Below are positions 26,520-35,580 of a DNA stretch of 64,000 nt, piece by piece. The DNA is taken from positions 47,261 through 111,260 of the forward strand of contig DAOUFJ010000030.1 of NCBI GenBank assembly GCA_034429935.1. The letters are read 5' to 3'. Within the stretch, counting starts at the first letter, position 1, and each line of letters begins with the position of its first letter. The translations under genes were made by a program, and so were the position numbers. The notes below the pieces were generated by a model, which saw nothing but the letters and a program-made list of their open reading frames with translations, did not search any database and was not told the origin of the DNA. This stretch comes from Dehalococcoidales bacterium. Its GTDB lineage: Bacteria > Chloroflexota > Dehalococcoidia > Dehalococcoidales > UBA5627.

Positions 26520-26524
26520 AATAA

Positions 26525-29413
26525 TTGAAAGAAGAAAATAAATCTTTAAAAGACGAAAAGAAACAATCCGGTGAAGTAACGAGAAGAGATTTTCTCGTAG
26601 GGGCCGGGACTGTGGTCATCGGCGGAGCCGTCGGCGCCGGATTACTTTCCAGTTGTAACGGCGGAGAAACTGTAACCAAGACAGTTGAAAAGACCAAGAC
26701 AGTTGAAAAAACAACTACTATTAGTGGAGATAGTGCAGTTACGGTTACGGAAACGGTAGGTGGAGGGGATGCTGTTACAGTTACTACCACTGTCAATGGT
26801 GGTGCATCTGAACCGTGGCAAGAAGTCGAGGAAACATATCTGCGCAGAAACAGGCAGGTCGGTTGTGTCGATGTTAAAAACGGTAAAGTTATCAGGCACA
26901 GACCGTTGCACTATGATGCGCAATACCCAGACCTAACAGGCCCGATGTCATTCACAGCTCATGGAAAAACTTGGGCTGCACCTATGAAGACTCCTTTGGC
27001 CCCCCAGGCACTGGCTTTCCGTGCATTAAAGGATAATCCGACTCGTCTTCGATATCCGATGAAGAGAGTAGACTGGGAGCCGGGCGGTGACCCTGAGAAG
27101 ATAAATGCTCAAAACCGCGGTATAAGCAAATATAAGAGAATTTCATGGGATGAGGCTACAACTATAATAGCCGATGAAATAACCAGGGTAGCCGAGCAAT
27201 ATGACCCATCGGCAATAGGCCAGCTTATCCGTGTAAGCTCCTGGAGTTTTGGCTTGAATGTACAGGGCGATGGTTTCTCCATTGCACCGTTCCTGCATTA
27301 CTATTTACTTTCAAAGTACGGAAAAACTATGACGGAGCGCCATTATACAGCTGACAGCCATGTAAGCGGTATAACCGGTTTGCAATTCTACTGGGGTACT
27401 CAATCATCGGGTTATGAAGACCAGACAGGCGTATTTAATGATATAGCCAATAACGCTGAAATGATCTTGGGTTGGGGATGTAATTCATTGACACGCGCCT
27501 GGTATGAAGGTGATGGAACGAATGTAGGTGTTTTGTGGAACTGGTTTAAAGAACTTGGAATAAAGAGAGTATTCATTAATCCCGATATGAACAAGGGTGC
27601 AGGCATACATGCCGATAAATGGATACCCATATTGCCATCTACAGACGGCGCTCTGGCATTGGCTGTGGCTTATATCTGGTTTACAGAAGATACCTATAAC
27701 AAGGAGTATATTGCCGATCATGCATACGGCTTTGATAAATGGCAGGCTTATGTTATGGGTGATGAAGACGGTATTCCCAAGACACCGGAATGGGCTTCAC
27801 CCATATGCGGCATTTCAACTTGGACTATCAAGGCTTTAGCCCGTGAGTGGGCATCCAAGGTAACATCAATATCCTATGGATTTAACGGTCATGGCGGCGG
27901 TATATGTAGAGGCCCATACGGTCCTGATGCAGCAAGACTTCAAATGTACCTTTTAGGTATGCAGGGTTGGGGAGGACCAGGAGTACATAACCTTAATAGC
28001 ACAGGTAGCGGTAGCGCAGCCACACCTCCGTCAATTGGAAGTGTTGGCGGTCTGTCTCAATTATATACTGCAATGTATATGAAGTTCGGGTACGCACCTA
28101 ATGCAGCCGATACAAACAGGCAGTTCTTCCCTGAAAACCTGGTACATCTTTTACCCACCGCCTCGCCTGAAAATCCTGTAGAATGGTGGGCATTCGAAAC
28201 CCCGTTTATTAAGCGTACTTATCCTATGGAAGGTTTCTCCGAGATCCATATGGTCTGGACTGGCGGTTCACACTGGACATATTCTTGGGGAGGTGGTTTC
28301 GAGAAGCTTAAATCACTTCGTAGTCCGAAACTGGAAACTATAATAAATCAGAGCATATATATGGAAGAAGGTCCATGTTATGCGGACCTAGTATTGCCCA
28401 TTATTCAGGGATATGAGGCCGGTGAAGATATTCAGGACGCTACAGGCCCGTTCCATGTGCTTTTCCACTATAAAGAAGGCATCAAACCTTTGGGTGAGGC
28501 TATGACTGACAAGGCTGTGTTGGGTGAAGTCGCCAAGAAACTTGGGATATATGAAGAGTTTACCGGCGGAAAGACCGACGCTGAGTGGGTTAAACAGGGT
28601 TTTGACAACTCAGGCTGGACTGATTTAATCAGTTGGGATGACTTTGTAGAAAAAGGATATGTCTGCCAGCCGGTAAGCGACGCTGCAACGGCCGATCCCA
28701 AGTCGCTGGCCTTCTATCAGGATCCTGCCAAGAATCCTTTGCGTACACCGACCGGTTTGCTCGAATATGAATCAAAAGACCTCGAGGACAACTTCCCTGA
28801 TGACAAGGAAAGAAATCCTGTTGCTCACTTTGTAATAGGGGGCTCCGAGGAATCGGGCTGGAGCCATGATGAATCTCTGTCAAGCGAAAGGGCCAGAACT
28901 TATCCCCTGTTGATAGGAGTAGCTACATCTGATTTTGGGTCACATGGTTCATATTATAATATCCCGTGGTTAAGGGAAATCACCCGCACTATGTATAGCG
29001 ACGGATACTCCTATACAAAACTGTGGATGAATACTGCTGATGCCGCGGCTAGGGGTATTAAGGATGGGGATCTGGTCAAGTTCTATAACGAGAGAGGAGC
29101 CGTACTGACCTGTGCTGAAGTAAGCGAAAAGATAATGCCCGGAACATTGCAGATATCACAGGGACAAGGAGACGATTGTATTATTCGAGAGGCTCTTAAC
29201 AGAGGTGGCAATGCCAGCAGCATATGTCCGGTGGGTAATCAATCTCCTCATGTCAATGGTCAATGTACATACACCTTCCTGGTAGAGGCAGAGAAAGTTA
29301 CCGGAGACCAGATGGACGAATGGAGAGAGAGCTATCCTGAAGCATTTAACAGGGAATATGATCCGGCTTATGGGCAATCATATAGAAATATGGTTGTAGA
29401 GGGAGGTGAATAA
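26525..29413 (+). CDS. Tat-exported, lipobox-bearing molybdopterin (bis-MGD) oxidoreductase alpha subunit, pyrogallol-transhydroxylase / resorcinol-hydroxylase-like (no N-terminal FS0 Cys motif)
   Basis: 962 aa with a TTG start after AAGGAG. Twin-arginine motif (VTRRDFLVGAG) and lipobox (LLSSC). A T/V-rich insert follows (TVTKTVEKTKTVEKTTTISG..AVTVTTTV). From memory, LRYPMKRVDWEPGG, YKRISWDEATTIIADEI and FINPDMNKGAGIHADKWIPILPSTDGALALAVAYIWFTEDTYNKEYI resemble AthL. No CxxCxxxC cluster motif is present. Confidence 0.85.
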   Translation: MKEENKSLKDEKKQSGEVTRRDFLVGAGTVVIGGAVGAGLLSSCNGGETVTKTVEKTKTVEKTTTISGDSAVTVTETVGGGDAVTVTTTVNGGASEPWQEVEETYLRRNRQVGCVDVKNGKVIRHRPLHYDAQYPDLTGPMSFTAHGKTWAAPMKTPLAPQALAFRALKDNPTRLRYPMKRVDWEPGGDPEKINAQNRGISKYKRISWDEATTIIADEITRVAEQYDPSAIGQLIRVSSWSFGLNVQGDGFSIAPFLHYYLLSKYGKTMTERHYTADSHVSGITGLQFYWGTQSSGYEDQTGVFNDIANNAEMILGWGCNSLTRAWYEGDGTNVGVLWNWFKELGIKRVFINPDMNKGAGIHADKWIPILPSTDGALALAVAYIWFTEDTYNKEYIADHAYGFDKWQAYVMGDEDGIPKTPEWASPICGISTWTIKALAREWASKVTSISYGFNGHGGGICRGPYGPDAARLQMYLLGMQGWGGPGVHNLNSTGSGSAATPPSIGSVGGLSQLYTAMYMKFGYAPNAADTNRQFFPENLVHLLPTASPENPVEWWAFETPFIKRTYPMEGFSEIHMVWTGGSHWTYSWGGGFEKLKSLRSPKLETIINQSIYMEEGPCYADLVLPIIQGYEAGEDIQDATGPFHVLFHYKEGIKPLGEAMTDKAVLGEVAKKLGIYEEFTGGKTDAEWVKQGFDNSGWTDLISWDDFVEKGYVCQPVSDAATADPKSLAFYQDPAKNPLRTPTGLLEYESKDLEDNFPDDKERNPVAHFVIGGSEESGWSHDESLSSERARTYPLLIGVATSDFGSHGSYYNIPWLREITRTMYSDGYSYTKLWMNTADAAARGIKDGDLVKFYNERGAVLTCAEVSEKIMPGTLQISQGQGDDCIIREALNRGGNASSICPVGNQSPHVNGQCTYTFLVEAEKVTGDQMDEWRESYPEAFNREYDPAYGQSYRNMVVEGGE

Positions 29414-29416
29414 ATA

Positions 29417-30229
29417 ATGAAGGTTTTTGTTTCTGATGTTGAGAAATGTCTGGGATGCTACTGCTGCCAGATATCCTGTAAAGATGAGTACTGCGGTAAT
29501 GACTGGATGCCTTATTCCAAGCCGCAACCGATGACAGGGCAATTCTGGAGGAAAGTAGAAGAACATGTTAGAGGTACTGTTCCTAAGGTAAAGGTTGCAT
29601 ATATTCCAACTGGGTGTATGCACTGTGATGACGCTCCCTGCATCAATGCATGTACTGATAATGCGATATACAAGAGAGAAGATGGAATGGTCATCATTGA
29701 TCCTCAGAAATGTACAGGACAACAGCTTTGTATAGATGCATGTCCCTATGGTGCAATCTACTTCAATAACACGCTCAACATAGCCCAGAAGTGTACCGGA
29801 TGCGCCCATTTACTGGATAGAGGCTGGCCTATAAAAGAGCCGAGATGTGTCGATTCCTGTGTTGCGGGAGCATTAGTGTTCGGAGAAGAATCCGATTTCA
29901 GTGCAGAAATAGCTCAGGCTGAAGCATTGAAGCCCAATTTCGGCGAGACGCCGGCGGTTAGGGTTCACTATCTCAACCTGCCCAAGAGGTTTATTGCAGG
30001 ACTGGTATATGATCCTGCTGTTGAGGAAGTAGTTATCGGTGCTACCTGTACCCTTACAGGTGCTGATGGTACCGTTACTGCTACTACAGACGGGTTCGGA
30101 GACTTCTGGTTCGAGGGTTTGCAGGAAGGCACCTTCTCGCTAACGATAGAGGCTGATGGCAAGACCAAGACTATAGATAATATCAGCACCGAGAAAGATG
30201 TCAACCTCGGAGAACTGGCATTATCCTGA
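29417..30229 (+). CDS. 4Fe-4S ferredoxin-type beta subunit (DmsB/BthL-like) with a C-terminal Ig/carboxypeptidase-regulatory-like beta-sandwich
   Basis: CLGCYCCQISC, CMHCDDAPC, CTGQQLCIDACP and CTGCAHL cluster motifs. The C-terminal VVIGATCTLTGADGTVTATTDGFGDFWFEGLQEGTFSLTIEADGK is CarboxypepD_reg-like, as in the transhydroxylase beta subunit. Confidence 0.88.
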   Translation: MKVFVSDVEKCLGCYCCQISCKDEYCGNDWMPYSKPQPMTGQFWRKVEEHVRGTVPKVKVAYIPTGCMHCDDAPCINACTDNAIYKREDGMVIIDPQKCTGQQLCIDACPYGAIYFNNTLNIAQKCTGCAHLLDRGWPIKEPRCVDSCVAGALVFGEESDFSAEIAQAEALKPNFGETPAVRVHYLNLPKRFIAGLVYDPAVEEVVIGATCTLTGADGTVTATTDGFGDFWFEGLQEGTFSLTIEADGKTKTIDNISTEKDVNLGELALS

Positions 30230-30275
30230 AATATATTCGTATAGCTAATCTGTGTTAGCTGTATAACTCCAAAAT

Positions 30276-30312
30276 ACTGTAGAGGGTGGGTTAAAACCTC
30301 ATCCTCTACAGT
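30276..30312 (+). other. strong 15-bp-stem hairpin (2 G-U pairs) after the beta-subunit gene
   Basis: actgtagagggtggg ttaaaa cctcatcctctacagt. No U-tract follows, so it is not a canonical terminator. Confidence 0.5.
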
Positions 30313-30378
30313 ATACCAGGCTGATGGGTAGTCAGCAGAGACTTTTTAGAATAAGCAAAAAAAGGAGGAATAAGGAAC

Positions 30379-30966
30379 ATGAATAATACTGTTAGAGCAT
30401 GGTTATTTCGTGTTTTAGTTTTAGTCGCAGGAGGTTTACTGGTATTCACATGGTTTCAACCCTGGTGGAGTGCCTATGTTGAAACGTTGAGCGAAACCGC
30501 GGTTATAATTCATCCGTATGGTTTTGAATCGTTTGCTCCGCCGGAGTATGAATACTTGATGAGAGGTGCTGCCGATAAAATGCCCGGCTGGTTTACCCCT
30601 TTTATGTGGGCATATATGGGATTAGCTGTAGTAGCCTTGATATATAGCCTGTTTGCCAACAGTTCCAAAGGTATTAGTATCGGCAAATTTAGGATGTCAT
30701 TGCCCACGTTACTTGTTGCCGGTGTCGGTTTTTCTTATATCGTTGTTGTTATAGCGGCTTATCTTACCATCAACATAAATTGTCAGGAAATGTTTAATAT
30801 GCCTATAAATGGACAAGTATATATTGAGGTGTTGAATAAGGAAGCCAGCTGGGTAACCGGTTCTCTGAATAACGGTTTTTGGATGGCATGTGGCGTAGGC
30901 CCGGGATTACTTCTATTATCCTTACTTCGCAGGTTCATCGTTGGTAAATCCAAGGTTAGTGCATAG
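30379..30966 (+). CDS. integral membrane protein (about 5 TM), candidate membrane subunit of the molybdoenzyme
   Basis: 195 aa, hydrophobic helices, strong SD (AAAGGAGGAA), no family recognised. Confidence 0.55.
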   Translation: MNNTVRAWLFRVLVLVAGGLLVFTWFQPWWSAYVETLSETAVIIHPYGFESFAPPEYEYLMRGAADKMPGWFTPFMWAYMGLAVVALIYSLFANSSKGISIGKFRMSLPTLLVAGVGFSYIVVVIAAYLTININCQEMFNMPINGQVYIEVLNKEASWVTGSLNNGFWMACGVGPGLLLLSLLRRFIVGKSKVSA

Positions 30967-30971
30967 GAATT

Positions 30972-31019
30972 TTCTATCTGAGCTATATACCGAAAGGAGA
31001 TTAGCTCAGATAGAAAAAC
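30972..31019. other. perfect 15-bp inverted repeat with an 18-nt loop
   Basis: ttttctatctgagct atataccgaaaggagatt agctcagatagaaaa. Confidence 0.5.
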
Positions 31020-31139
31020 TGTTCCGGGTACCGCCTGGGGAATGATAATGCAGGTAAACATGGTGCCCAAAAAATTGGCCTCTGTCACCTGAAAAATGCG
31101 GAATAACTATTAGTATAATTGAATGCGTATCGGGTCATT

Positions 31140-31811
31140 ATGAACAAAACTGAATTAAATAGAATACTTTCAAAACTGGATCCGTATAAGATACCGTTTG
31201 ATTTAGCTGTGATTAATACTGCTGATATAATTCCACGGTACATGGGGTATTCCGATAGCTATTCCTGGGGAACGAAGGATCTGCCCGGCAACATCAAATC
31301 TATTGTCGTCTATTTATTTTTTACAGATAAAGCATTCGATTATTATATAAGGGATACTTTTACACCTCGATTAATATATTTTATGAAAAAACATTTCTCA
31401 GAGTCGACTATTTATGATGATTATAAAATTCTGAGAAAGGAAGCTGCTGCTCTTGCCGGATTAGGCAAAATAGGGCGTAATTCACTTTTATTCAGCAATA
31501 AATTTGGATTTAATTGCAAGATAGATTTATTTTTAACTGAAATAGAATTTGATCACTACGATAATGCAGGTATTGATGACTATCACCTTGAATATTGCCG
31601 GAATTGTCGGGACTGTATCAATTCTTGCCCAATGAGTTGTTCTATGGATTTCAATATAACGGATTGGGAAGAATGCGATCGATTTATATCTCCGCAAATT
31701 CCGACTCCCATGAAAATGTGCCGTAGTTGTATCACAAATTGCAGATATTCTAACGAGATTCACGCGAAAAATTTAAAAGAGTTTAAACAGAATGGACTAC
31801 TATTGTTTTAG
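31140..31811 (+). CDS. QueG/reductive-dehalogenase-superfamily-like Fe-S protein (short form)
   Basis: KEAAALAGLGKIGRNSLLFSNKFGFNCKIDLFLTEIEFD resembles the QueG core. CRNCRDCINSCP is a 4Fe-4S motif, and CRSCITNC is a second Cys motif. The track start at 31119 is TTG; ATG 31140 is likelier. Confidence 0.45.
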   Translation: MNKTELNRILSKLDPYKIPFDLAVINTADIIPRYMGYSDSYSWGTKDLPGNIKSIVVYLFFTDKAFDYYIRDTFTPRLIYFMKKHFSESTIYDDYKILRKEAAALAGLGKIGRNSLLFSNKFGFNCKIDLFLTEIEFDHYDNAGIDDYHLEYCRNCRDCINSCPMSCSMDFNITDWEECDRFISPQIPTPMKMCRSCITNCRYSNEIHAKNLKEFKQNGLLLF

Positions 31812-31880
31812 TTTTAAGCGTCATGATGGCGGGAGAAAACAAAATTACCGGGGATATTATTTTAATATAAAGGATGCCGT

Positions 31881-34013
31881 ATGAAAGTACTTCTTATTTT
31901 TCCCCCGAACTGGTCGCCTTACAGGCCATATTTAAGCTTGCCATCTCTCAGCGCTTATTTGAAAAGCAACGGCATCAATGTGATACAAAAAGACTTCAAC
32001 GTAGAAGCCTATAACATAATTATGTCCAAGGATTACCTTAAAAAGCTGGAAGTACGGTTGCAGAAACAGTTCGATGTACTGGATTCAAAAGATAACCTGA
32101 TGCCCGGTCTTGAACAGGAATATTATTGTGATCTTTTTAAAGCAAAGGCCGGTTCCGCATATATAGCCAGGAAAATAGAGTATGCTAAAGGGATTTTTAG
32201 AAGCAGAAGCAAGTTTTATGACATCAATGAGTTTGATACTGCCTTTAAAATCCTGACTCAGATGCAATCAGTTGTCTCAATAGGGAGTTTCCCTTCCGGG
32301 CAAGATTTGTTTTGGCCTCTGAATGTAAGAATCCAGAGGTCTTTCGAGGATATTAAAAAAATTACACAAAACGGGAACGAAAACCCGTTCTTAGAACTTT
32401 ATGAGAATAATTTGCTTCCATTTATACTCAAGGAAGACCCGGATATCATCGGCATTTCGATTATCGGTGAATCCCAGCTTATTCCGGCGCTTACTCTATC
32501 ACGATTGATCAAGGCGCATCATAAAAAAGCACATGTAGTGGTTGGCGGATATGCCATTTCAATGCTTTCCGATGTATTGATAAAATATGAAGAGTTTTTT
32601 ACTGATTTCTTTGATAGTGCTGTGGTTGGCGAAGGTGAACGTCCTCTATTAAAACTTGTACAGAATATATCGAACGGAAAAACATTGGACGATGTCCCGA
32701 ATCTGATTTATTCCGTTCAAGGGAAAATACGGGCAAATGAAGTTTTCCCGCCCGAGGATATGAACTTATTGCCAACTCCCTGTTTTGAGGGAATGCCGCT
32801 GGATTTATATCTAAATCCGGAACCGGTGTTACCGATACTTTCGTCAAGAGGATGCTACTGGGGCAAATGCGCTTTCTGTTCAAACAACGAATCCTGTCAT
32901 GGGAAGTACCGGAGACGGGACCCTAAAAAAGTTGTCGATGATATGCAGGAATTATCAAAAAAACACGGAGTAACTAATTTTGCCTTTTCCGATGAAGCTA
33001 TCTCTCCGGGTTCAATGAGTTCATTGTCCGATGAACTTATTAGCAGGGAGACGCATTTTAATTGCTCGACCAATGTAAGATTGGAGCGTCAATTTACAGC
33101 CGAGCTATGCAATAAGATATATAAAGCCGGTTTCAAATTGCTGTACTTCGGGCTTGAATCGGGGTGCAACCGTATCCTTGATCTCATGGACAAAGGAACT
33201 ACAAAGGAGACGGCTGTCGAAGTTTGCCGAAACGCTCATAATGCCGGCATCTGGAATCACTTATATACATTTTTGGGCTTCCCGACTGAATCCTGGGAGG
33301 AAGCACATGAAACTATCGAATTTCTGTTCTCCAATAAGAATGTAATAAACTCTTTCAGTCTCGGCAATTTCGTCCTTAACAAAGGGGCATCGTTGCTTAA
33401 CGATCCTGAGAAGTACGGGATAAAAAATTATGATGCTGGGCCGCATAAAGATTTTTGTCTTGCATATGATTACACAGTAAATTCAGGTTTAACAAGCAAT
33501 GAAGCCATGGAGTTAAGTGAAAGATCTCGCAGCAAAATAATCGAAGAATATGATACCAAAGAGATTTTTAAATTAAACTATGAGGATATTCTTTTGTACC
33601 TCTCTCATTATGGAAATAGCGCCTCTCTTTTAAACATATTGACTCCCCCCAAAAAGGAGAAAAAGTTCCCTCATGAGACAATTACAAAAAAATCGATCCC
33701 CAAAATCAAAAGTAATATTGTATTGGACAGGCTCAGGTTTAACATTTTAGATATTGAAAGTAACATTGCCGAAGACAAAAACACGCCTGTATATCCGGAG
33801 ACAAATCCGGTGCTCTTCAATCTGGTTTCCGGTCAAATATCACCTGTTAATCCTTTATTCATGGAAATTCTTACCCTGTGCGATGGCAAGAGAAATGTAC
33901 AACAAATCGCTTATGTATTATCCCAAAAATATAACGGCCAGGTTTTTAAAATAGAAGAAGACTGTATAAAATTCCTGAATATTTTGGAAAGAGAAGGATA
34001 TATTATTTTCTAG
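31881..34013 (+). CDS. B12-binding radical SAM enzyme with a C-terminal PqqD-like (RRE) domain
   Basis: 710 aa. MKVLLIFPPNWSPYRPYLSLPSLSAYLKSNGI is the class-B N-domain. SSRGCYWGKCAFC is the radical SAM cluster. The C-terminal ..VNPLFMEILTLCDGKRNVQQIAYVLSQKYNGQVFKIEEDCIKFLNILEREGYIIF shows the PqqD-family pattern. Confidence 0.82.
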   Translation: MKVLLIFPPNWSPYRPYLSLPSLSAYLKSNGINVIQKDFNVEAYNIIMSKDYLKKLEVRLQKQFDVLDSKDNLMPGLEQEYYCDLFKAKAGSAYIARKIEYAKGIFRSRSKFYDINEFDTAFKILTQMQSVVSIGSFPSGQDLFWPLNVRIQRSFEDIKKITQNGNENPFLELYENNLLPFILKEDPDIIGISIIGESQLIPALTLSRLIKAHHKKAHVVVGGYAISMLSDVLIKYEEFFTDFFDSAVVGEGERPLLKLVQNISNGKTLDDVPNLIYSVQGKIRANEVFPPEDMNLLPTPCFEGMPLDLYLNPEPVLPILSSRGCYWGKCAFCSNNESCHGKYRRRDPKKVVDDMQELSKKHGVTNFAFSDEAISPGSMSSLSDELISRETHFNCSTNVRLERQFTAELCNKIYKAGFKLLYFGLESGCNRILDLMDKGTTKETAVEVCRNAHNAGIWNHLYTFLGFPTESWEEAHETIEFLFSNKNVINSFSLGNFVLNKGASLLNDPEKYGIKNYDAGPHKDFCLAYDYTVNSGLTSNEAMELSERSRSKIIEEYDTKEIFKLNYEDILLYLSHYGNSASLLNILTPPKKEKKFPHETITKKSIPKIKSNIVLDRLRFNILDIESNIAEDKNTPVYPETNPVLFNLVSGQISPVNPLFMEILTLCDGKRNVQQIAYVLSQKYNGQVFKIEEDCIKFLNILEREGYIIF

Positions 34014-34068
34014 TGTTTAAGAGGCGGGTAAATAACCTTTGCTTAGATAATAATGTAAGAGGTTTATA

Positions 34069-35145
34069 ATGGCAGAATTTGAGTTTTCTATCCCGTATAA
34101 CAATGATATCGATACGCTAAACGAAGTCTTCCGGTTAAAAAAACTGGGTAGTAACAGTATCAGGGAGATCTATCTTTCGGGGCCTCAGGAGTTTTCCGGC
34201 TCGGGCAGGGAATGCCCCCCGATAGATATGCTTGCTTTCAAAGAGATTGTGGATAAGATACACAATGAAGGAATCCGGGTAAATTTAGTCATGAATTCGA
34301 CCTGTGAAGGAGGCGAATGGTATTCCCCCGATGTGATAAGGACAAAGATGGAATACCTGCGACTTGTACATAAAGAATACGGTGTAGAAGCGGTAACGAT
34401 GGCTAATCCTATCTATATAGAGGAGATCAGGAATCGATTCCCGGACATAGAGATATGCGCATCGGTATTGGCTGATGTGGACTGCGTGCAGAGGGCGGTC
34501 ATCCTGAAAAAGGCCGGAGCTGACGTTATAACCATCGATATGAATATCAACCGTGACATAAAAGTGCTTAAAGAGATAAAGAAAGCTACCAATGTAGAAA
34601 TAAAACTGATGGTAAACGAAGGCTGTCTCTATAAATGCCCCTACAGGAAATTCCATTTTAATTACACTTCACATAATTCAAAACAAATGTCTGTTGATAG
34701 CAGGGTATTTTTCAATAGATGCCTTCGCATAGCAGCTTCAGACCCTTCCCAGGTTTTAAAATCCAGCTGGATAAGACCTGAGGATATCTCTAAATACGGC
34801 GAAATAACCGGCTTTTTTAAGATCGTGGGCAGGGAAATGCCGGGGAGTAAAGTAATTAGATGTGTTAAGGCATATATGCAGGAAACCTGGGACGGGAACC
34901 TTCTGGATATTTTGTGCGCCAGTTTAAATAATTTCAATACGAACTACGGTATTTACCTGGATAATAAAAAGCTTGAAGAAAATGGATTCTTTGAAAAGGT
35001 TAGTTCATGCGATAGAGACTGCAACCGGTGTCACTACTGCGAGGAATTGGCTAAAAAACTAATCAGTTTTAATAACTATTCACAGGAACTTAAGAAAGAT
35101 GTGACGGACGTACAAAAATTACGGTTTAAGGGGACAACAAAGTAA
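34069..35145 (+). CDS. TIM-barrel protein with peptidase-U32-like motif order (UbiU/UbiV/RlhA/TrhP superfamily?) and a C-terminal Cys cluster
   Basis: IREIYLSGPQEFSGSGRE..., IRVNLVMNS, AVTMANPIYIEEIRNRFPDIEICASV, GADVITIDMNINRD, IKLMVNEGCLYKCPYRKFHF and a C-terminal CDRDCNRCHYC. The assignment is by pattern only. Confidence 0.4.
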   Translation: MAEFEFSIPYNNDIDTLNEVFRLKKLGSNSIREIYLSGPQEFSGSGRECPPIDMLAFKEIVDKIHNEGIRVNLVMNSTCEGGEWYSPDVIRTKMEYLRLVHKEYGVEAVTMANPIYIEEIRNRFPDIEICASVLADVDCVQRAVILKKAGADVITIDMNINRDIKVLKEIKKATNVEIKLMVNEGCLYKCPYRKFHFNYTSHNSKQMSVDSRVFFNRCLRIAASDPSQVLKSSWIRPEDISKYGEITGFFKIVGREMPGSKVIRCVKAYMQETWDGNLLDILCASLNNFNTNYGIYLDNKKLEENGFFEKVSSCDRDCNRCHYCEELAKKLISFNNYSQELKKDVTDVQKLRFKGTTK

Positions 35146-35187
35146 ACATCCGATATCAAAATAAAATAGAGTATTTGTAAGAAGATC

Positions 35188-35568
35188 ATGAAAATAGACG
35201 ATCAAAACAATAAAAATATAAAAAAGTCCAAGCTATCCATAAACCGAAGAACATTTTTGGGGTTGGGAGGGAAAATAGCGATTGTAATTGCCTTCGGTGG
35301 TTTAATTCGATTATTGGAGCGGGATAATAAATTCGAACGGCCGCTGACAGCTTTACCGGAGGATGAATTTCTGGCCCTTTGTAGCAGATGCCAGAAATGT
35401 ATAGCAGCCTGTCCCTATAAAGCGACGACTCCTGTTCTTCTTAGTGAAAGCGTGACCAGCGCCGGTACACCTAAACTGGTCAGCTCGTGTTTATATGGCG
35501 ATAAGAGTTATATGGGATGCCCCGGCTACTGTGCTATGGAATGTCCTACGGGCGCTTTGCGGCTATAA
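35188..35568 (+). CDS. Tat-signal 2x[4Fe-4S] ferredoxin (NapG/MauM-like)
   Basis: NRRTFLGLGG twin-arginine signal, CSRCQKCIAACP and C..C...CAMECPTGAL. Confidence 0.68.
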   Translation: MKIDDQNNKNIKKSKLSINRRTFLGLGGKIAIVIAFGGLIRLLERDNKFERPLTALPEDEFLALCSRCQKCIAACPYKATTPVLLSESVTSAGTPKLVSSCLYGDKSYMGCPGYCAMECPTGALRL

Positions 35569-35580
35569 AAGGATTGTATT

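Noticed and set aside
25820-26796. Minus-strand ORFs rich in V/T (25820-26083, 26443-26796, 26642-26923); also considered whether the ACN/GTN periodicity was a CRISPR-like or tandem DNA repeat
   Set aside because: They are antisense images of the Thr/Val-rich linkers of the plus-strand lipoprotein and molybdoenzyme genes. There are no regular repeat-spacer units, only one 18-nt tandem duplication.
31042-31092. 16-codon ORF (MIMQVNMVPKKLASVT) and 15-codon ORF at 31823-31870 (MMAGENKITGDIILI), considered as precursor peptides for the rSAM-PqqD enzyme
   Set aside because: They have no convincing Shine-Dalgarno and are very short. There is nothing to show conservation from a single sequence. They are kept only as candidates to test in comparative searches.
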